Source of the DNA: a virus
Taxonomy: Duplodnaviria > Heunggongvirae > Uroviricota > Caudoviricetes
Direction: 5' to 3' (one strand)
Length of the DNA stretch: 33,799 bases
IMG/VR virus record: IMGVR_UViG_2537561934_000004
The stretch's first letter is position 1; each line of letters begins with the position of its first letter. This document shows positions 1-10,716 of this stretch, piece by piece. The translations under genes were made by a program, and so were the position numbers. Under the pieces are notes generated by a model. That model ran no database searches. It saw nothing but the letters and a program-made list of their open reading frames with translations, and was not told the DNA's origin.

Positions 1-701
1 TAAACCACGGAACTGGCTTGTGGCATTGTTACAGTTGCCAGTTTGAACCATCCAGCACCACCACTAAAAGACATGGTTGTTGAATTTGTTGTGCCGATAT
101 TACGCAGGAATAGTTTTTTATCGGGAATATCTGCACCGTTCTGGTTTTTCTGTAATGCACCAGAAGCCTGATTTACCGTTTCCTGTAAACCAAGGTTTTG
201 GATAAACAGCGGCTTATTGGGAATATCTGCTCCGTTCCGGTCTTTTGCCAGACGGGCATTGGCATTATCCATCGCAATTTTCACCGCTTTTGCGGTGGCT
301 GCCAGCGTTTCACTGGGGCTGTCAGTGGCACTGGTTAGCTGAACGAGGCCTTTTTTGTTCAGGCTGGCATCCCAGATATCCAGATTTTCACGTGCTGTAC
401 GCTGTGCTGATGCCCCGGCAATTTTAATTTCGCTGAGGTTATTTTTTATCAGCAGCGCGTTATTGCTCATAATGGCTTTAATGGACAGTGCAAGCTGGTT
501 TAATTTTGTTTTATCCGGTTGAATACCGGCTTCTTTCAGCGTGTTTAATAACTCCGCCTGCACAATATTAAACCAGTCCATGCCGGGCCATGTGATAGCA
601 TTATTCCCGTCACCTTCTGAAAACCAGCGAACGATAGCACTACGCTGGGCGGATACGGGCGGCATGACGGTTACGCCGCTGTCGTTATCAATATAAAACA
701 T
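1..701 (-). CDS. S: Tail fibre protein, N-terminal constant part (Mu S-like); continues beyond window start
   Basis: Minus-strand frame open from ATG at 701..699 (overlaps upstream stop as TAATG) to position 1, translated by hand as MFYIDNDSGVTVMPPVSAQRSAIVRWFSEGDGNNAITWPGMDWFNIVQAELLN... It carries the side-tail-fibre motif NKKGLVQLTSATDSPSETLAATAKAVK...NGADIP shared with lambda Stf. It is absent from the ORF track because no stop lies inside the window. Confidence 0.8.
   Translation of the reverse strand, partial: MFYIDNDSGVTVMPPVSAQRSAIVRWFSEGDGNNAITWPGMDWFNIVQAELLNTLKEAGIQPDKTKLNQLALSIKAIMSNNALLIKNNLSEIKIAGASAQRTARENLDIWDASLNKKGLVQLTSATDSPSETLAATAKAVKIAMDNANARLAKDRNGADIPNKPLFIQNLGLQETVNQASGALQKNQNGADIPDKKLFLRNIGTTNSTTMSFSGGAGWFKLATVTMPQASSVV
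180..205. other. gix/hix-like serine-invertase crossover site (26 bp) inside the tail-fibre gene
   Basis: Plus strand reads TTCCTGTAAACC AA GGTTTTGGATAA: two 12-bp imperfect inverted half-sites around a 2-bp core, matching the Gin/Hin/Cin site architecture as I recall it. It lies inside the tail-fibre reading frame, where Mu-type invertible segments begin. Confidence 0.6.
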
Positions 702-1243
702 TAGTTATCTCCGTCATGGTAAACAAATTTATAAATCTGATGCGCGGGTTTATATTTCTCCAGTAAACATTCCAGCGCACCCGATTCATAAACACGTAAC
801 GGCGTCAGAACATTATCCAGCACCGTTGCGTTGCGATAATTTTTAATACCGTAAATATTGACCTGCGTAACCCACTGGCCTTCTGTGGAATCCGTCAGCC
901 TGACGGTAAAACCGTACTGCGCAGCCAGCCATTCATAAAAGCGCCGACTCAGATTGCCGGTCATACGCATTTTATTCGCGGCAGCCCGCCGGCGTTCGGA
1001 CAGGGTGCCGTTTTCGCTGGTACAGTCCGGCAACCCCAGAAATGATTCCCACTCACCCAGATACCAGCGGGATGTGGACGGGAAACGCTCCCGCAGCATT
1101 TGCCGCGCATCATCCGCCGCAGTGGTAATCACGTCGCTGATGGCCTGCGCCAGCGCAGATAATTTGCTGTCGGGGCTTTTATTCCAGGCAAGCCCTGACG
1201 GCAGTAATTGCAGAAAGGCCGTCTGCCAGGGTGTTACAGCCAT
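701..1243 (-). CDS. Tail/baseplate protein (Mu gp48-like)
   Basis: 180-aa ORF immediately upstream of the tail-fibre gene and downstream of the baseplate J-like gene, matching Mu gp48 position and size. Stop overlaps the tail-fibre start. Confidence 0.7.
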   Translation of the reverse strand: MAVTPWQTAFLQLLPSGLAWNKSPDSKLSALAQAISDVITTAADDARQMLRERFPSTSRWYLGEWESFLGLPDCTSENGTLSERRRAAANKMRMTGNLSRRFYEWLAAQYGFTVRLTDSTEGQWVTQVNIYGIKNYRNATVLDNVLTPLRVYESGALECLLEKYKPAHQIYKFVYHDGDN

Positions 1244-2316
1244 TCAATTGTCCCCGGTGTTAACAGTTCCGTATTCTCCGAACGCTGGATGTCTGTCGGG
1301 AAACGCACTTCAAAATCATCCAGACCGGTAACACCTGCCACCGCACGGATAATACGGGAGGGGGCAAGTGCACCGCCCGGCGTCACCTCATTAAAAAACA
1401 TGGTATTAATGGCGTGAGTAATAGCCTGTTTCAGTTCGGCTGTCTTCGGCGATATATAAATCCGTGGATTTACCGGCTTTGCCTTTGGTGCAAATACCGT
1501 GACATTTACACCATCAGGCTGTCCGACAATCAGGCCGGTTATCGGGTCAGTATGACCGGCGATATAATCCGCCACGCGTTCCACATCTGCCGGTTGTGGA
1601 AAAATATTGCTCCGGTTATCCATAACAAACGTCACCCCGACTGTGCCACCGCCTTTCCATGTCGGAAAAGACCAGGCACGGGTAACGCCGCTGACTTCAC
1701 GTGCCCAGCGAACATAATCAAACTGATTACCGCCGAACGGAGGATACTGGACACGATATTCCAGCCGTGACAGCAGCTCCGCTGCACTCTCAATATCAGC
1801 TCCACCGGAAAACCCTTTTACAGTGATGGCATCGGAAACAACACTGGCAACCGGGGTGATCAACGTTAAAAGGGTATTCTCACCGGTATTTCCTGCCTCA
1901 CCGGCAGCCAGTGCGGTAACGGTAATTTCCGTCGTTCCTGCACGGTCAATCACAATGGCATCAGCCAGGCTGTAAACCACACCATCAGCACGCTGCCAGC
2001 GTGTACCGGCAGGAATGGTGGTCGCTGCCGATGTGGTGACAGTCAGCGGGCCGCTGGCGGCTGTCGCCTGTTTGCGGCGCACGCCCCAGAACCGGCAGTG
2101 CTCCAGCAACTCATCTTCATCTGCTGTCGACGGGATAATCTGCCGTCCAACCCATGAAATATGCTCGTGAAAACCGGCAGCAAGGCCCGCCTGAGCATAA
2201 GCAATGGCACTCAGCGTTTTTTCACGGGCCTGAGGCCAGCTACCCGGCAGGCGCTGTTCAATATTCTGTTCTGTACGGGCAATCAGCGATGATAATGTCG
2301 GTGGTGAATAAGCCAT
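1234..2316 (-). CDS. Baseplate J-like protein (Mu gp47-like)
   Basis: 360-aa ORF in the baseplate module; size and position match the Mu baseplate J-family protein. Confidence 0.8.
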   Translation of the reverse strand: MAYSPPTLSSLIARTEQNIEQRLPGSWPQAREKTLSAIAYAQAGLAAGFHEHISWVGRQIIPSTADEDELLEHCRFWGVRRKQATAASGPLTVTTSAATTIPAGTRWQRADGVVYSLADAIVIDRAGTTEITVTALAAGEAGNTGENTLLTLITPVASVVSDAITVKGFSGGADIESAAELLSRLEYRVQYPPFGGNQFDYVRWAREVSGVTRAWSFPTWKGGGTVGVTFVMDNRSNIFPQPADVERVADYIAGHTDPITGLIVGQPDGVNVTVFAPKAKPVNPRIYISPKTAELKQAITHAINTMFFNEVTPGGALAPSRIIRAVAGVTGLDDFEVRFPTDIQRSENTELLTPGTIEWL

Positions 2317-2754
2317 TTAAACCCCGTTAAATGCTGCTTTAAACTCATAAGGAATAACGGAACCATCCGGTAATGTCAGTGCAATGTAGAGGTATAACCA
2401 GCCCTGATGTAACTGTTCCGCTCTGACGTTAATCGCACTCACCCGGCCCGCTGTTTTCAGCCATTCCAGCGCCTCTTCGGCATACCCTCTGGCGCGTTCC
2501 AGCGTATCCGGTGTGGCTTTTTCACGTGATAACAGCCACAACCGCGAACCGATGGGGCGGTCGCGGTAACTGTCACCCCACCATCCACGGCGATCATCTG
2601 AACCATCCGGCAGCGTGTCAGAATCCAGCGCGCGCCGGTCGGTAAACAGGGAGATTGTCACATCGGTCGTCAGACTGTCGTCGGTCAGCATATCAATGCC
2701 ATCCTGTGCAATATCGCCGCGTCCGTTCGTCCAGATAATGGCTAAATCGGTCAT
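2317..2754 (-). CDS. Baseplate protein (Mu gp46-like)
   Basis: 145-aa ORF abutting the baseplate J-like gene; position and size as in Mu. Confidence 0.7.
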   Translation of the reverse strand: MTDLAIIWTNGRGDIAQDGIDMLTDDSLTTDVTISLFTDRRALDSDTLPDGSDDRRGWWGDSYRDRPIGSRLWLLSREKATPDTLERARGYAEEALEWLKTAGRVSAINVRAEQLHQGWLYLYIALTLPDGSVIPYEFKAAFNGV

Positions 2755-3344
2755 TGCATCGGCCCTGTGGTTCCGCCGCTGTCGCCACGGTGGATATGCT
2801 TATCCGTCGATTTGCCATTGATGATGGCATCCGGGGCAGTAATATTGCTGTCGAACTGGCTTTTACCTTTAACGCCCAGACCTTTCTGGATCTCAACGTC
2901 GCCGGTAAACGTGGTTCTGGGTGTATCAACGGTCATGCTTTCATCAGCGTAAATCTCAACCGTTTTACAGGTAATGATGCAGCGCCCGTCCTTTGTCAGC
3001 CTGATACGATGCCCCTCGTGGTGGTAAATGCCTGCATCACCCGGTTCAAGATTTGTCGGGCGGTAGCGGCGGTCTTCCACCACAACGGCAATCCCCTGAT
3101 CACGTTGTGCACCCACACAGGCAATCAGCGCCTCTGCGCCCGGCAGAGGAACGCTGAAATGCCCGTAATTTTGCAGGCGCTCCACTTCATCAGATTCCTC
3201 ATCATCCAGCAGACCGACCTGCAGGTTCTGAACCTTTCGCCCGTCGTTAATCACGTTAACAACGGCACGCGCAAGCATCAGACGCACACGACGCATCAGC
3301 GGTGTCAGCAGGCGGTTCATGGCGGAATCATTTACTCTTTCCAC
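2751..3344 (-). CDS. Baseplate assembly/spike protein V-like (Mu gp45-like)
   Basis: 197-aa ORF between the hub gene and the gp46-like gene; ATGA-type overlap with neighbours. Confidence 0.7.
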   Translation of the reverse strand: MERVNDSAMNRLLTPLMRRVRLMLARAVVNVINDGRKVQNLQVGLLDDEESDEVERLQNYGHFSVPLPGAEALIACVGAQRDQGIAVVVEDRRYRPTNLEPGDAGIYHHEGHRIRLTKDGRCIITCKTVEIYADESMTVDTPRTTFTGDVEIQKGLGVKGKSQFDSNITAPDAIINGKSTDKHIHRGDSGGTTGPMQ

Positions 3345-4465
3345 GGCGGCGTTTTCTCCGGGTGTCTGCGATAATAATCTTCAACCAGCGCATCAACGCC
3401 ATCATTACCATCCCCTCTGGATTTGCGGTCGCTTTCAACCGGCACCAGAAAGCCTTCGCGTGGTGCAAGGCTGACGCGGGTTTTCAGCCCGTCCTGGTCA
3501 TTCAGTATCAGGGTGACTTTGCTGACCAGTAATTCCGTGGTTTTGATGGCATATTTCGAGGCATCAATAGTGACCAGCAGGTTTGGCATCCAGAGTTGCC
3601 CGTCCTTGCGAGTCCATCCGTCAATTTCAGCCTCAAAGGTGATGGATTTTGCCAGTCTGCGGCGTTGCTCACGCAGGGCGCGGGCCTGTGCATCCTTCGC
3701 CGTAATTTTGCTGTCGGCAATGATGATCATCGGTCTGTAACGGGTTACATCACTGTCAGTGGCGGTCCCTTTCCGGGAGACGATACTTTTCGCATCAATA
3801 TCATCACCCTCAGCGCCGTTTGCGCGGGCATAACCCTTGACAATGTATTCGCTGAACCGGTCACGGAAATCTTCGTCAAAATCCACCGTCAGCAGATTTT
3901 TCCCGAGGATCAGCTCATCAGTGACCGTACTGGCAGCCCGGCTGAATACCAGCTCTCCGGCGGCATTGCTGGTCATCAGTACACCACGTGCGCGGGAGGC
4001 CCGCACCAGCGCTTCGTAAACCGTTTCTGAATGGTCAAGCGTAAAAGACGGAAACGACGCTGCGCTTTCCTTGTCTGACAGCTCCCAGCGAACGGTAACG
4101 CCATAAGGGGCGCACAGGTCACGCGCAATCTGCTCCAGTGTGCGGTTTTTCCACTGTCCGCCACTGTAAACGGCAGCACAGTCAATCAGGTCAGCCGTTT
4201 TGTCACGTCCGGCGACAGTGATTTTCATACTGTCAGCGGTCATCTGGCGTCGCCGTGAATCGATATAACCGGTGCAGACAATCTGCCCCCCGATTTCGAG
4301 CGTGAACTTCTTCCCCGGAGCCAGCCCGGATAAATCCGTGCCCGGTGGCACGTTCACCCCCAGCTCAAAATATCCGGCTACGGATTCAATCGAGCGGGTG
4401 ACAGAGACTGACGTCCAGCCGGTAAAAAGCCTGCCATCCGTTCGCAGCGTGACGGTATTACTCAT
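3332..4465 (-). CDS. P: Baseplate hub protein (Mu P / gp44-like)
   Basis: 377-aa ORF directly downstream of the DNA circularization gene, as in Mu (N then P). Confidence 0.75.
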   Translation of the reverse strand: MSNTVTLRTDGRLFTGWTSVSVTRSIESVAGYFELGVNVPPGTDLSGLAPGKKFTLEIGGQIVCTGYIDSRRRQMTADSMKITVAGRDKTADLIDCAAVYSGGQWKNRTLEQIARDLCAPYGVTVRWELSDKESAASFPSFTLDHSETVYEALVRASRARGVLMTSNAAGELVFSRAASTVTDELILGKNLLTVDFDEDFRDRFSEYIVKGYARANGAEGDDIDAKSIVSRKGTATDSDVTRYRPMIIIADSKITAKDAQARALREQRRRLAKSITFEAEIDGWTRKDGQLWMPNLLVTIDASKYAIKTTELLVSKVTLILNDQDGLKTRVSLAPREGFLVPVESDRKSRGDGNDGVDALVEDYYRRHPEKTPPWKE

Positions 4466-5945
4466 TAATCACCTCAATACTGACACCACCGGGAACAAAC
4501 AACGGGTTGCTGATACCGTTCCTGCGGGCCAGCCGTTGCCAGTTCCGGCTGTTTCCTGTGTAACGGTACAGGGCCACCATTGCAGGCATCGTCTCCGGCA
4601 GACGGTGCGTTTCACTACCCGCCAGTTGCAGCCCGCGTTTTTCCAGGTCGGCAACAACCAGCAGACGCAGTTGCGTAAGCTGAACGCTGTCTGTCGAAAA
4701 GCCCTGCTCAGATGCCGTCAGAATGACGGTATCCAGCGCAGCCCCCAGCATGGCGGCTGTTTTTCCGATATCGGACACACTTTCAAATACCGGGGGCGTG
4801 GCTGTACCACTGTCTGAAAAGGATACCTGTGAAAAGCCGCCGTCCGGGGTTATGGCAGTTAACTGTAACTGTCCCTGTGTGACGGTAGCAGATGTGCTGC
4901 TGGCCCCGCTGGCTGTGCCGGTTGTGGTGGACGGGGCATCCAGTACAGGTGCACGGGCGGCATTATCCATCCGGCGACTGAAATCCAGTGCCGCAGTCAG
5001 TGCCTGGCTGGCAGCTTCTGCCCGGTATGTCTGCGCCGCTGCCAGCATGACGTAGTTCAGTGTGGCAATATTTTTTTCTGCAACCGGACTGTTGTACGAG
5101 GTTGTGATTGCCCCCTGTCTGCCTGCGGTGGCGGCATGGCGACGTTCGAACCGCTGCGCCAGACGGTTCCAGGTGGAAAATGCTGTCCGGGTATCGCATA
5201 ACGATGAAACGCCGGACAGCGCCCCCATCAGCGAGGAGGCCAGCATGGCAGGCTGGTTAATCAGGCCGGTCACAGAGCCTTTCATCGCAGAAAGCGATCC
5301 CATCAGACCGCTGACAGTCTGCGTAACCCCCAGATTGTCCACCGCATCACTGATATCATCGATGACACCGGTTACAGCTTCCATCACGGCGGTTGCCGCC
5401 GCAGTGCCATCTTTTACGGTCTGCCAGACAGAGGACAGCGTATCTCCCAGAGAACCGGTTACAGCAACGGACTGTGCCGGTACGGCTACACTGGTGTCTG
5501 TCTCTGCGTCCGGGGCAGTATCCTGCAACGACGGATAAACGGTAACGGTGAACGCGTAATAATTCAGTTCATCCGCTTTAGTGCGGCATTCCCATGAATC
5601 CACCATGACGGCCACAGTGCCGAAATCAGGATGTACCAGCTCACCGCTACCCGGAGCATCAAGAGCATCCATCAGCGCACCCGCTTCATCTCTGGCAGTC
5701 TCTGCGTTGCTGTTCAGAATGCAGATGCTGAATGTGCGGGAGCGAAGCTTTTTCCCCAGGTCGTTGACACCGCCGGTATCACGTAACGGGTACTCACGTT
5801 TAACCAGACGACGTCCGCCAGCCTGTTTTTGCTCCTCGATGACGAGAAACGGCACGTTACGGAACGTGCCTTTGCCGGTTGTTTTCCTGCCTCCACCGGT
5901 TTTATCCCGGACAGCATTAACGGCATTTAAAGCATCTTCAAACAT
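4458..5945 (-). CDS. N: DNA circularization protein N (Mu gp43-like)
   Basis: 495-aa ORF immediately downstream of the tape measure gene; size and position match Mu N. Confidence 0.8.
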   Translation of the reverse strand: MFEDALNAVNAVRDKTGGGRKTTGKGTFRNVPFLVIEEQKQAGGRRLVKREYPLRDTGGVNDLGKKLRSRTFSICILNSNAETARDEAGALMDALDAPGSGELVHPDFGTVAVMVDSWECRTKADELNYYAFTVTVYPSLQDTAPDAETDTSVAVPAQSVAVTGSLGDTLSSVWQTVKDGTAAATAVMEAVTGVIDDISDAVDNLGVTQTVSGLMGSLSAMKGSVTGLINQPAMLASSLMGALSGVSSLCDTRTAFSTWNRLAQRFERRHAATAGRQGAITTSYNSPVAEKNIATLNYVMLAAAQTYRAEAASQALTAALDFSRRMDNAARAPVLDAPSTTTGTASGASSTSATVTQGQLQLTAITPDGGFSQVSFSDSGTATPPVFESVSDIGKTAAMLGAALDTVILTASEQGFSTDSVQLTQLRLLVVADLEKRGLQLAGSETHRLPETMPAMVALYRYTGNSRNWQRLARRNGISNPLFVPGGVSIEVINE

Positions 5946-5949
5946 GGTT

Positions 5950-8025
5950 TTACCAGCCTGTAATGTAGTTATCGCCCGCGTAAATATTCAGCCCCATACC
6001 ATCCTCGGTGACGCGGGAACTGGTCAGACGTAACCCCTCGCCAAGTTCGACGCGCAGCGAGGCTTCCGCATTCACTTTTTGCTCCTGCGGTTCCTTATCC
6101 GTGGCCGTCCACTTCTGATACAGGTCGGTTACAAAACCGCCCAGATACTCCCCGGCGACACTGCCCAGCGTGGCACCGGCAACCGTACCCAGCGGTCCGG
6201 CAAGGCTGCCAACGGCACCGCCGAGCCATGCACCGGCTGTACTGCCAATTGCGCCTGCTTTTTCATGGGTTGACGCCTGCTCATCCATCAGGACGGGGGC
6301 AAGCTGGAGTGCCCCCATTACCGGGCCACCCAGACGTGACAACGCACGCCCCGCGCCTTTCCCCATCCAGCCCAGCGCCCCGGCACCTTTTGTCACAACC
6401 CGACCGATCGCACTGCCTGCAAGTTTGTTTCCGATACCGGAAAACCACCCGCCAGCGGCACGCCCGGCATCAGCCAGCTTTCCGACCGCTCCCGTAACCA
6501 GTTGCCCGGCAGCACTGCCTGCAAGCCTGCTCAGAAGACCGGATTTACCGGGTAAAGGTAATGGTGCAGGCCGTGCCGTTACCGGTACGCCGGGTGGGGG
6601 TAATGCCAGAACAGGGCGTGGTGCAGGTAATGCCAGCGGCTGTGGCCCGGACAGCAATAACGGCTGGCGGGGTAACAGGGGCGTCATGCCTTTGCCTTTC
6701 CGGGTGCGACCACCACGGCCACCGCTTCCGTAACCGCCGAACCCGTGAGGCCAGTTAGTGACAAACACACGCTGAATGCCGATACCCTGCAACAGCGTCT
6801 CAGACGTCATGGCATCCGGGACCGGCAGACCTGCCTGCCCACGTTTGCGGTTTCGCATCCAGCGCCACATACGACGCCCGGTTTTAAACGGATAACTGGC
6901 AACCTGCCATGAGGGTTTTGCCACGGCCCAGCCTGCTCTCAGGGCTTTATTGGCAAGCCAGACAGACACCAGAACAGCAGCCAGTTTTTTCAGGCTGACA
7001 ATATTCTGGTCAACCCATGCCAGCGCATCTTTACCCGGTTTCAGCCAGCGCCATAATTCCTGCGCCGCGATTTTTACCTTTCTGAACGTGGTCAGGAATT
7101 TCTGACCAATGTTTTCTGCCAGTGCGTCCAGCTCCCCGGATTTATCCGCCGCATCGTGCCAGTTAAGCACCCGGCGCATCTCGTTCTTGATTTCTTCAAA
7201 GGGGCCGCTGTTTGCCACCTTCGTGCGAAACTCAAGCAGGTTGCCCTCCATCTGGGCCATCATCCCGTCCCAGGAGTTCATGGCAGCCGCCTGTGCGCCT
7301 TCTGACTGCTCCAGCAGGGTCCGGAATACCGTCAGAATGGCTTTCTTGCCCAGCTTGCCTTTTTCACCCAGCTTACGGATTTTTTTCTCATCCTTACCCG
7401 TTGCATCTGCCAGCACCTTGTAAACGTTGATACCGTAACCGGTCAGCAGGTTGGCGTCCGCCGCCGTGATTTGCTGGCGGGCAAACATCTGTTTGAACTG
7501 TAACGAAGCCCCCTGCGCGGTGGGTAAATCCCAGCCATGCATCGCGCCCTGATTCTGTAGCATGGTGATGAACTGTTTTACCTGGGCGTCAGTCATGCCA
7601 AACGCCGTTGATGTGCGGATTTCCTGCAGAACGCCGCCCAGCCCCCAGGTGGTTTCTTTTGCGTTCTGCTTCGCCCACGCCATCATGGCCTGTGCTCTGG
7701 CCTTATCGCCGTGATACAGCGAGTTCATGGCGATAATCTGCTGCTCACGCTGGGCGGCGGCACCAATAAACAGTTTATTGGCGGTGTAACCCACGCCAGC
7801 GATACCCAGCGCCCCGGCTGACAGCATTCGGAATGTACGGGTTGACAGTGAACCCATTCTGTCAATGGCACCAGAAACGCGCACAACCTCCATACGCAGG
7901 GCACGAAGGGAACTTTGTCCGCTACGGGACAGGGCGTTTATCTGGTTCGAATACTCGCGGGAACGCCGGGAAAGATTGCCATTAAGATCAATAATGACAG
8001 ACGCCTTTAAGCGTTTCCCGGTCAT
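5950..8025 (-). CDS. Tail tape measure protein
   Basis: 691-aa ORF between tail tube/chaperone and N. Predicted helical N-terminal two-thirds and a Gly/Ala/Pro-rich low-complexity C-terminal third. Start has an AGGAAA Shine-Dalgarno. Confidence 0.85.
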   Translation of the reverse strand: MTGKRLKASVIIDLNGNLSRRSREYSNQINALSRSGQSSLRALRMEVVRVSGAIDRMGSLSTRTFRMLSAGALGIAGVGYTANKLFIGAAAQREQQIIAMNSLYHGDKARAQAMMAWAKQNAKETTWGLGGVLQEIRTSTAFGMTDAQVKQFITMLQNQGAMHGWDLPTAQGASLQFKQMFARQQITAADANLLTGYGINVYKVLADATGKDEKKIRKLGEKGKLGKKAILTVFRTLLEQSEGAQAAAMNSWDGMMAQMEGNLLEFRTKVANSGPFEEIKNEMRRVLNWHDAADKSGELDALAENIGQKFLTTFRKVKIAAQELWRWLKPGKDALAWVDQNIVSLKKLAAVLVSVWLANKALRAGWAVAKPSWQVASYPFKTGRRMWRWMRNRKRGQAGLPVPDAMTSETLLQGIGIQRVFVTNWPHGFGGYGSGGRGGRTRKGKGMTPLLPRQPLLLSGPQPLALPAPRPVLALPPPGVPVTARPAPLPLPGKSGLLSRLAGSAAGQLVTGAVGKLADAGRAAGGWFSGIGNKLAGSAIGRVVTKGAGALGWMGKGAGRALSRLGGPVMGALQLAPVLMDEQASTHEKAGAIGSTAGAWLGGAVGSLAGPLGTVAGATLGSVAGEYLGGFVTDLYQKWTATDKEPQEQKVNAEASLRVELGEGLRLTSSRVTEDGMGLNIYAGDNYITGW

Positions 8026-8169
8026 AGAGATTTCCTGATTTAACGGTGATATTGAGAGAGGGTTTTAGCCTGCTGGCAGTGCCGGAAAAAGCGGGACAGC
8101 GGGAGAGACAAGGCCCATTCCGGGCCACTTTTCAGAATAACGCCAATCGCTGTCGCCGCTTTCTCAATA

Positions 8170-8604
8170 TCATTCCGGCACCGCAGCCACTCGCCCCCGT
8201 TCTTGCGTCAGCGATGCCGCCACAGCCATGTCGTGCATCTCTGTGGCCAGCGACAGACGCTGGAAGTCATCGACGGACAGCTTGCGCATCAGCGCCAGCG
8301 ATAACGGGCCTTTGATGCAGCCCACGCTGGCAATCTGTCGGCGCAGCATTTCCAGTCCCATCCGGGACGGGGAACTGACCAGCACCGGGCCTTCCTTGCT
8401 CATTACCAGCTTTTCAGCCGCCGCCTGGGCATCAATCAGATCGCCTGCGGTCAGTTCACGCAGTGTCACGTCATACTGCATTTCAGTCTCGTCACCGGTG
8501 CCGAACGCCAGGCCGTCTTTCAGTTTCAGGCCACCGGACTGAAGCTCAGCCACAATACTGTCACGCAGTTCCTGTGCTTCAGGACTTAAATTCATTTCGT
8601 CCAT
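8170..8604 (-). CDS. Tail assembly chaperone-like protein (Mu gp41-like)
   Basis: 144-aa acidic ORF between tail tube and tape measure genes, the conserved chaperone position. Confidence 0.6.
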   Translation of the reverse strand: MDEMNLSPEAQELRDSIVAELQSGGLKLKDGLAFGTGDETEMQYDVTLRELTAGDLIDAQAAAEKLVMSKEGPVLVSSPSRMGLEMLRRQIASVGCIKGPLSLALMRKLSVDDFQRLSLATEMHDMAVAASLTQERGRVAAVPE

Positions 8605-8613
8605 TGTTTCCCC

Positions 8614-8970
8614 TTATGCAATGCGTTTGCTTTTTTTTGCCGTCAGTACCAGCGAAATTTCGCCGCCGTCGTTTTTCGGTTCATCCGCCTGCCAGGCATT
8701 CGCCAGCATCCAGGTTTCACCGGTATCAGCCTGGAATTCGACGGTGATGTTTTCCCAGTCGATAATTTCATCCAGCCCGATGGGACCGCCCCCCGGAATT
8801 TTGCATTCCACTTTTGCGGCACGTGGTTTACCTTTCCAGCCATAAACCCGCGAGCCGGTCACTTCTTCACGGGTGGTGCCGGAAGGCGTGAAGGAGGCAC
8901 CTTCCATTGATTCAAGCTCCATGCCATTGACACGGATGAACGCCACCCCCTGACGCTGATTTCCAGCCAT
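8614..8970 (-). CDS. M: Tail tube protein (Mu M-like)
   Basis: 118-aa ORF directly downstream of the sheath gene; size matches Mu tube protein. Confidence 0.8.
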   Translation of the reverse strand: MAGNQRQGVAFIRVNGMELESMEGASFTPSGTTREEVTGSRVYGWKGKPRAAKVECKIPGGGPIGLDEIIDWENITVEFQADTGETWMLANAWQADEPKNDGGEISLVLTAKKSKRIA

Positions 8971-8979
8971 AAATGCTCC

Positions 8980-10479
8980 TTACAGAATGAACTGAACTTG
9001 TGCCGCGAAAATGCGGAACTGGTTAATCAGATTCGGGCCGCACAGCACATCAAGACGGTCTTTGTCGTCCTTGTTACGTGCCACATACAGCTCCTCTTTG
9101 AACGTGTCGAAATCCTCGACCAGTCCGGCGTTTTCCCATTCTTCAAACAGTGCCAGCAGCTCCGTTTTGATCACGGATGGCGTCACCACGGCCTGACCGG
9201 TGGCAAAGCGGGTGCCATCACTTGCCAGCTTGTGGTTCGGGAATTTCTGCGTGATGCGGGTTCGCAGCGAATAACGCAGATAACTCAGCGTGGCGATGGT
9301 ATTCACGTTCAGATAAGACGGATCGCTGTCACCGTACTTGTTCGTGCGGTACATCGTGATCATGCGTTCAATCTGCATTTCACCACCATCATTCACGTTA
9401 AACGTGGAGATGCCGTCAAACAGCAGCGCATTACGTTCTGACCAGGTGAAACGATCCCCCACCGCAGGCGGCATTCTTCCGGGCAACGTCAGCGTCTGGA
9501 GTGGACGCGCCGGGTCGATGGAAAGCGCCTGGCTGGCAACGGCACACAGGGTGGCGGCGTACAGATATGACGGTTCCGGTGCACCGGCAATCCCCATACA
9601 GGAAATCAGATGGTCATTACGTCTGACACCAAACGTGGAAATATCCCCATACGTGCCGGACAGCACTGTCACGGCAAAGCCATCAGCCTGACTGACCGGT
9701 CCCCAGCGTTCCTGCAATTCAGTGCGTAACAGATTCAGGTTCGGTTCATCGGTATAGGGCATCACAATATATTTGTATTGCAGATCGCCCATTCCCGCGA
9801 TACTTGCGCTGATATCCGGGTTGATGTATTTCCGGGATTCGGCTTTGAATGCCGTGATAATCCCGTAAGGGGTGGTTTCACCCGCGTAATAGTTCCAGCG
9901 CACATCCACGGCAGATAATGCACCCGTAAATTTTGCAGTCAGAACTATATCTGTAGCGCCGGCATCATCCGGCGTGGTTGAGAGCAATACTGCCTTCACC
10001 GGCAAATCAGGATGACCGTTGATTCGGTCAGTCAGCAGGCCAGCCAGCTTCGATCCCTTGGTACCTGCTGCGACGGATACCGCCAGTCGCTGACCGGCAA
10101 TGTAAGTCACAAGCGAGCCGTTTTCGGTTGCCGTTCCTGACAGTGTGATTAAACCGACAGTAGTTTTAGAGATAGTATTACCGGGGTTTTTCGCCTGCGG
10201 AATACACCACAGCTCCGCCACGCGGTTAGCTTTCAGGAATGCATCTGCCATCAGTGCCAGCATGGAACCCTGACCAAACGCCGCACTGGCCTGTGAGCCG
10301 GAACGGATACGGACAGGCACGTCTGGTGCCGCACTGGCCCCCTTATTGCTTTGCCCGAACATCAGCACGCGCTGACGGGGGGCCGGTGTTCCGCTGACGG
10401 CATTACTGTTATCAAATTCGATATACGCCAGAGGAACGCGAACATCTGGCGGGATCGCGTTAAATGAAATATCGCTCAT
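8980..10479 (-). CDS. L: Contractile tail sheath protein (Mu L-like)
   Basis: 499-aa ORF followed by the tube gene, the sheath-tube order of contractile tails; size matches Mu L. Confidence 0.85.
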   Translation of the reverse strand: MSDISFNAIPPDVRVPLAYIEFDNSNAVSGTPAPRQRVLMFGQSNKGASAAPDVPVRIRSGSQASAAFGQGSMLALMADAFLKANRVAELWCIPQAKNPGNTISKTTVGLITLSGTATENGSLVTYIAGQRLAVSVAAGTKGSKLAGLLTDRINGHPDLPVKAVLLSTTPDDAGATDIVLTAKFTGALSAVDVRWNYYAGETTPYGIITAFKAESRKYINPDISASIAGMGDLQYKYIVMPYTDEPNLNLLRTELQERWGPVSQADGFAVTVLSGTYGDISTFGVRRNDHLISCMGIAGAPEPSYLYAATLCAVASQALSIDPARPLQTLTLPGRMPPAVGDRFTWSERNALLFDGISTFNVNDGGEMQIERMITMYRTNKYGDSDPSYLNVNTIATLSYLRYSLRTRITQKFPNHKLASDGTRFATGQAVVTPSVIKTELLALFEEWENAGLVEDFDTFKEELYVARNKDDKDRLDVLCGPNLINQFRIFAAQVQFIL

Positions 10480-10485
10480 TTCGAT

Positions 10486-10716
10486 TTACTCCGTTTTTTT
10501 CAGCGCAGCGTCGGTATCATCCGCCGTGTTTTCGGTGCTCCCGACTTCAACCACATCAGTGTTTTCGGTGCTCCCGACTTCAACCACATCACCGGCTACA
10601 AGGCGACGTATCCAGAAACTGTTACGGGGCTTTTCTTCTCCCTCAGGCGCCAGTAATTCCATCGTGAGCGGGTCACGGATGGTTTTTCCCTCTGCGGGTT
10701 TAATTTTCAGCATCAT
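10486..10716 (-). CDS. Small virion-module protein (Mu gp38-like) containing an 11-aa tandem repeat
   Basis: 76-aa ORF upstream of the sheath gene; contains DVVEVGSTENT twice, encoded by a perfect 33-bp tandem duplication. Confidence 0.6.
   Translation of the reverse strand: MMLKIKPAEGKTIRDPLTMELLAPEGEEKPRNSFWIRRLVAGDVVEVGSTENTDVVEVGSTENTADDTDAALKKTE

Noticed and set aside
6170-6733. 187-aa Pro/Ala-rich plus-strand ORF (and 6228..6497)
   Set aside because: Antisense reading of the Gly/Ala-rich tape measure tract; Pro-rich because of GGN/GCN codons on the other strand.
8046-8315. 89-aa plus-strand ORF in the chaperone-tape measure gap
   Set aside because: Wrong strand for the late operon and overlaps the 3' end of the gp41-like gene; no ribosome-binding site.
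10526-10591. Possible CRISPR-like or regulatory repeat
   Set aside because: Only two adjacent copies with no spacer, in frame inside a coding region; a tandem duplication, not an array.
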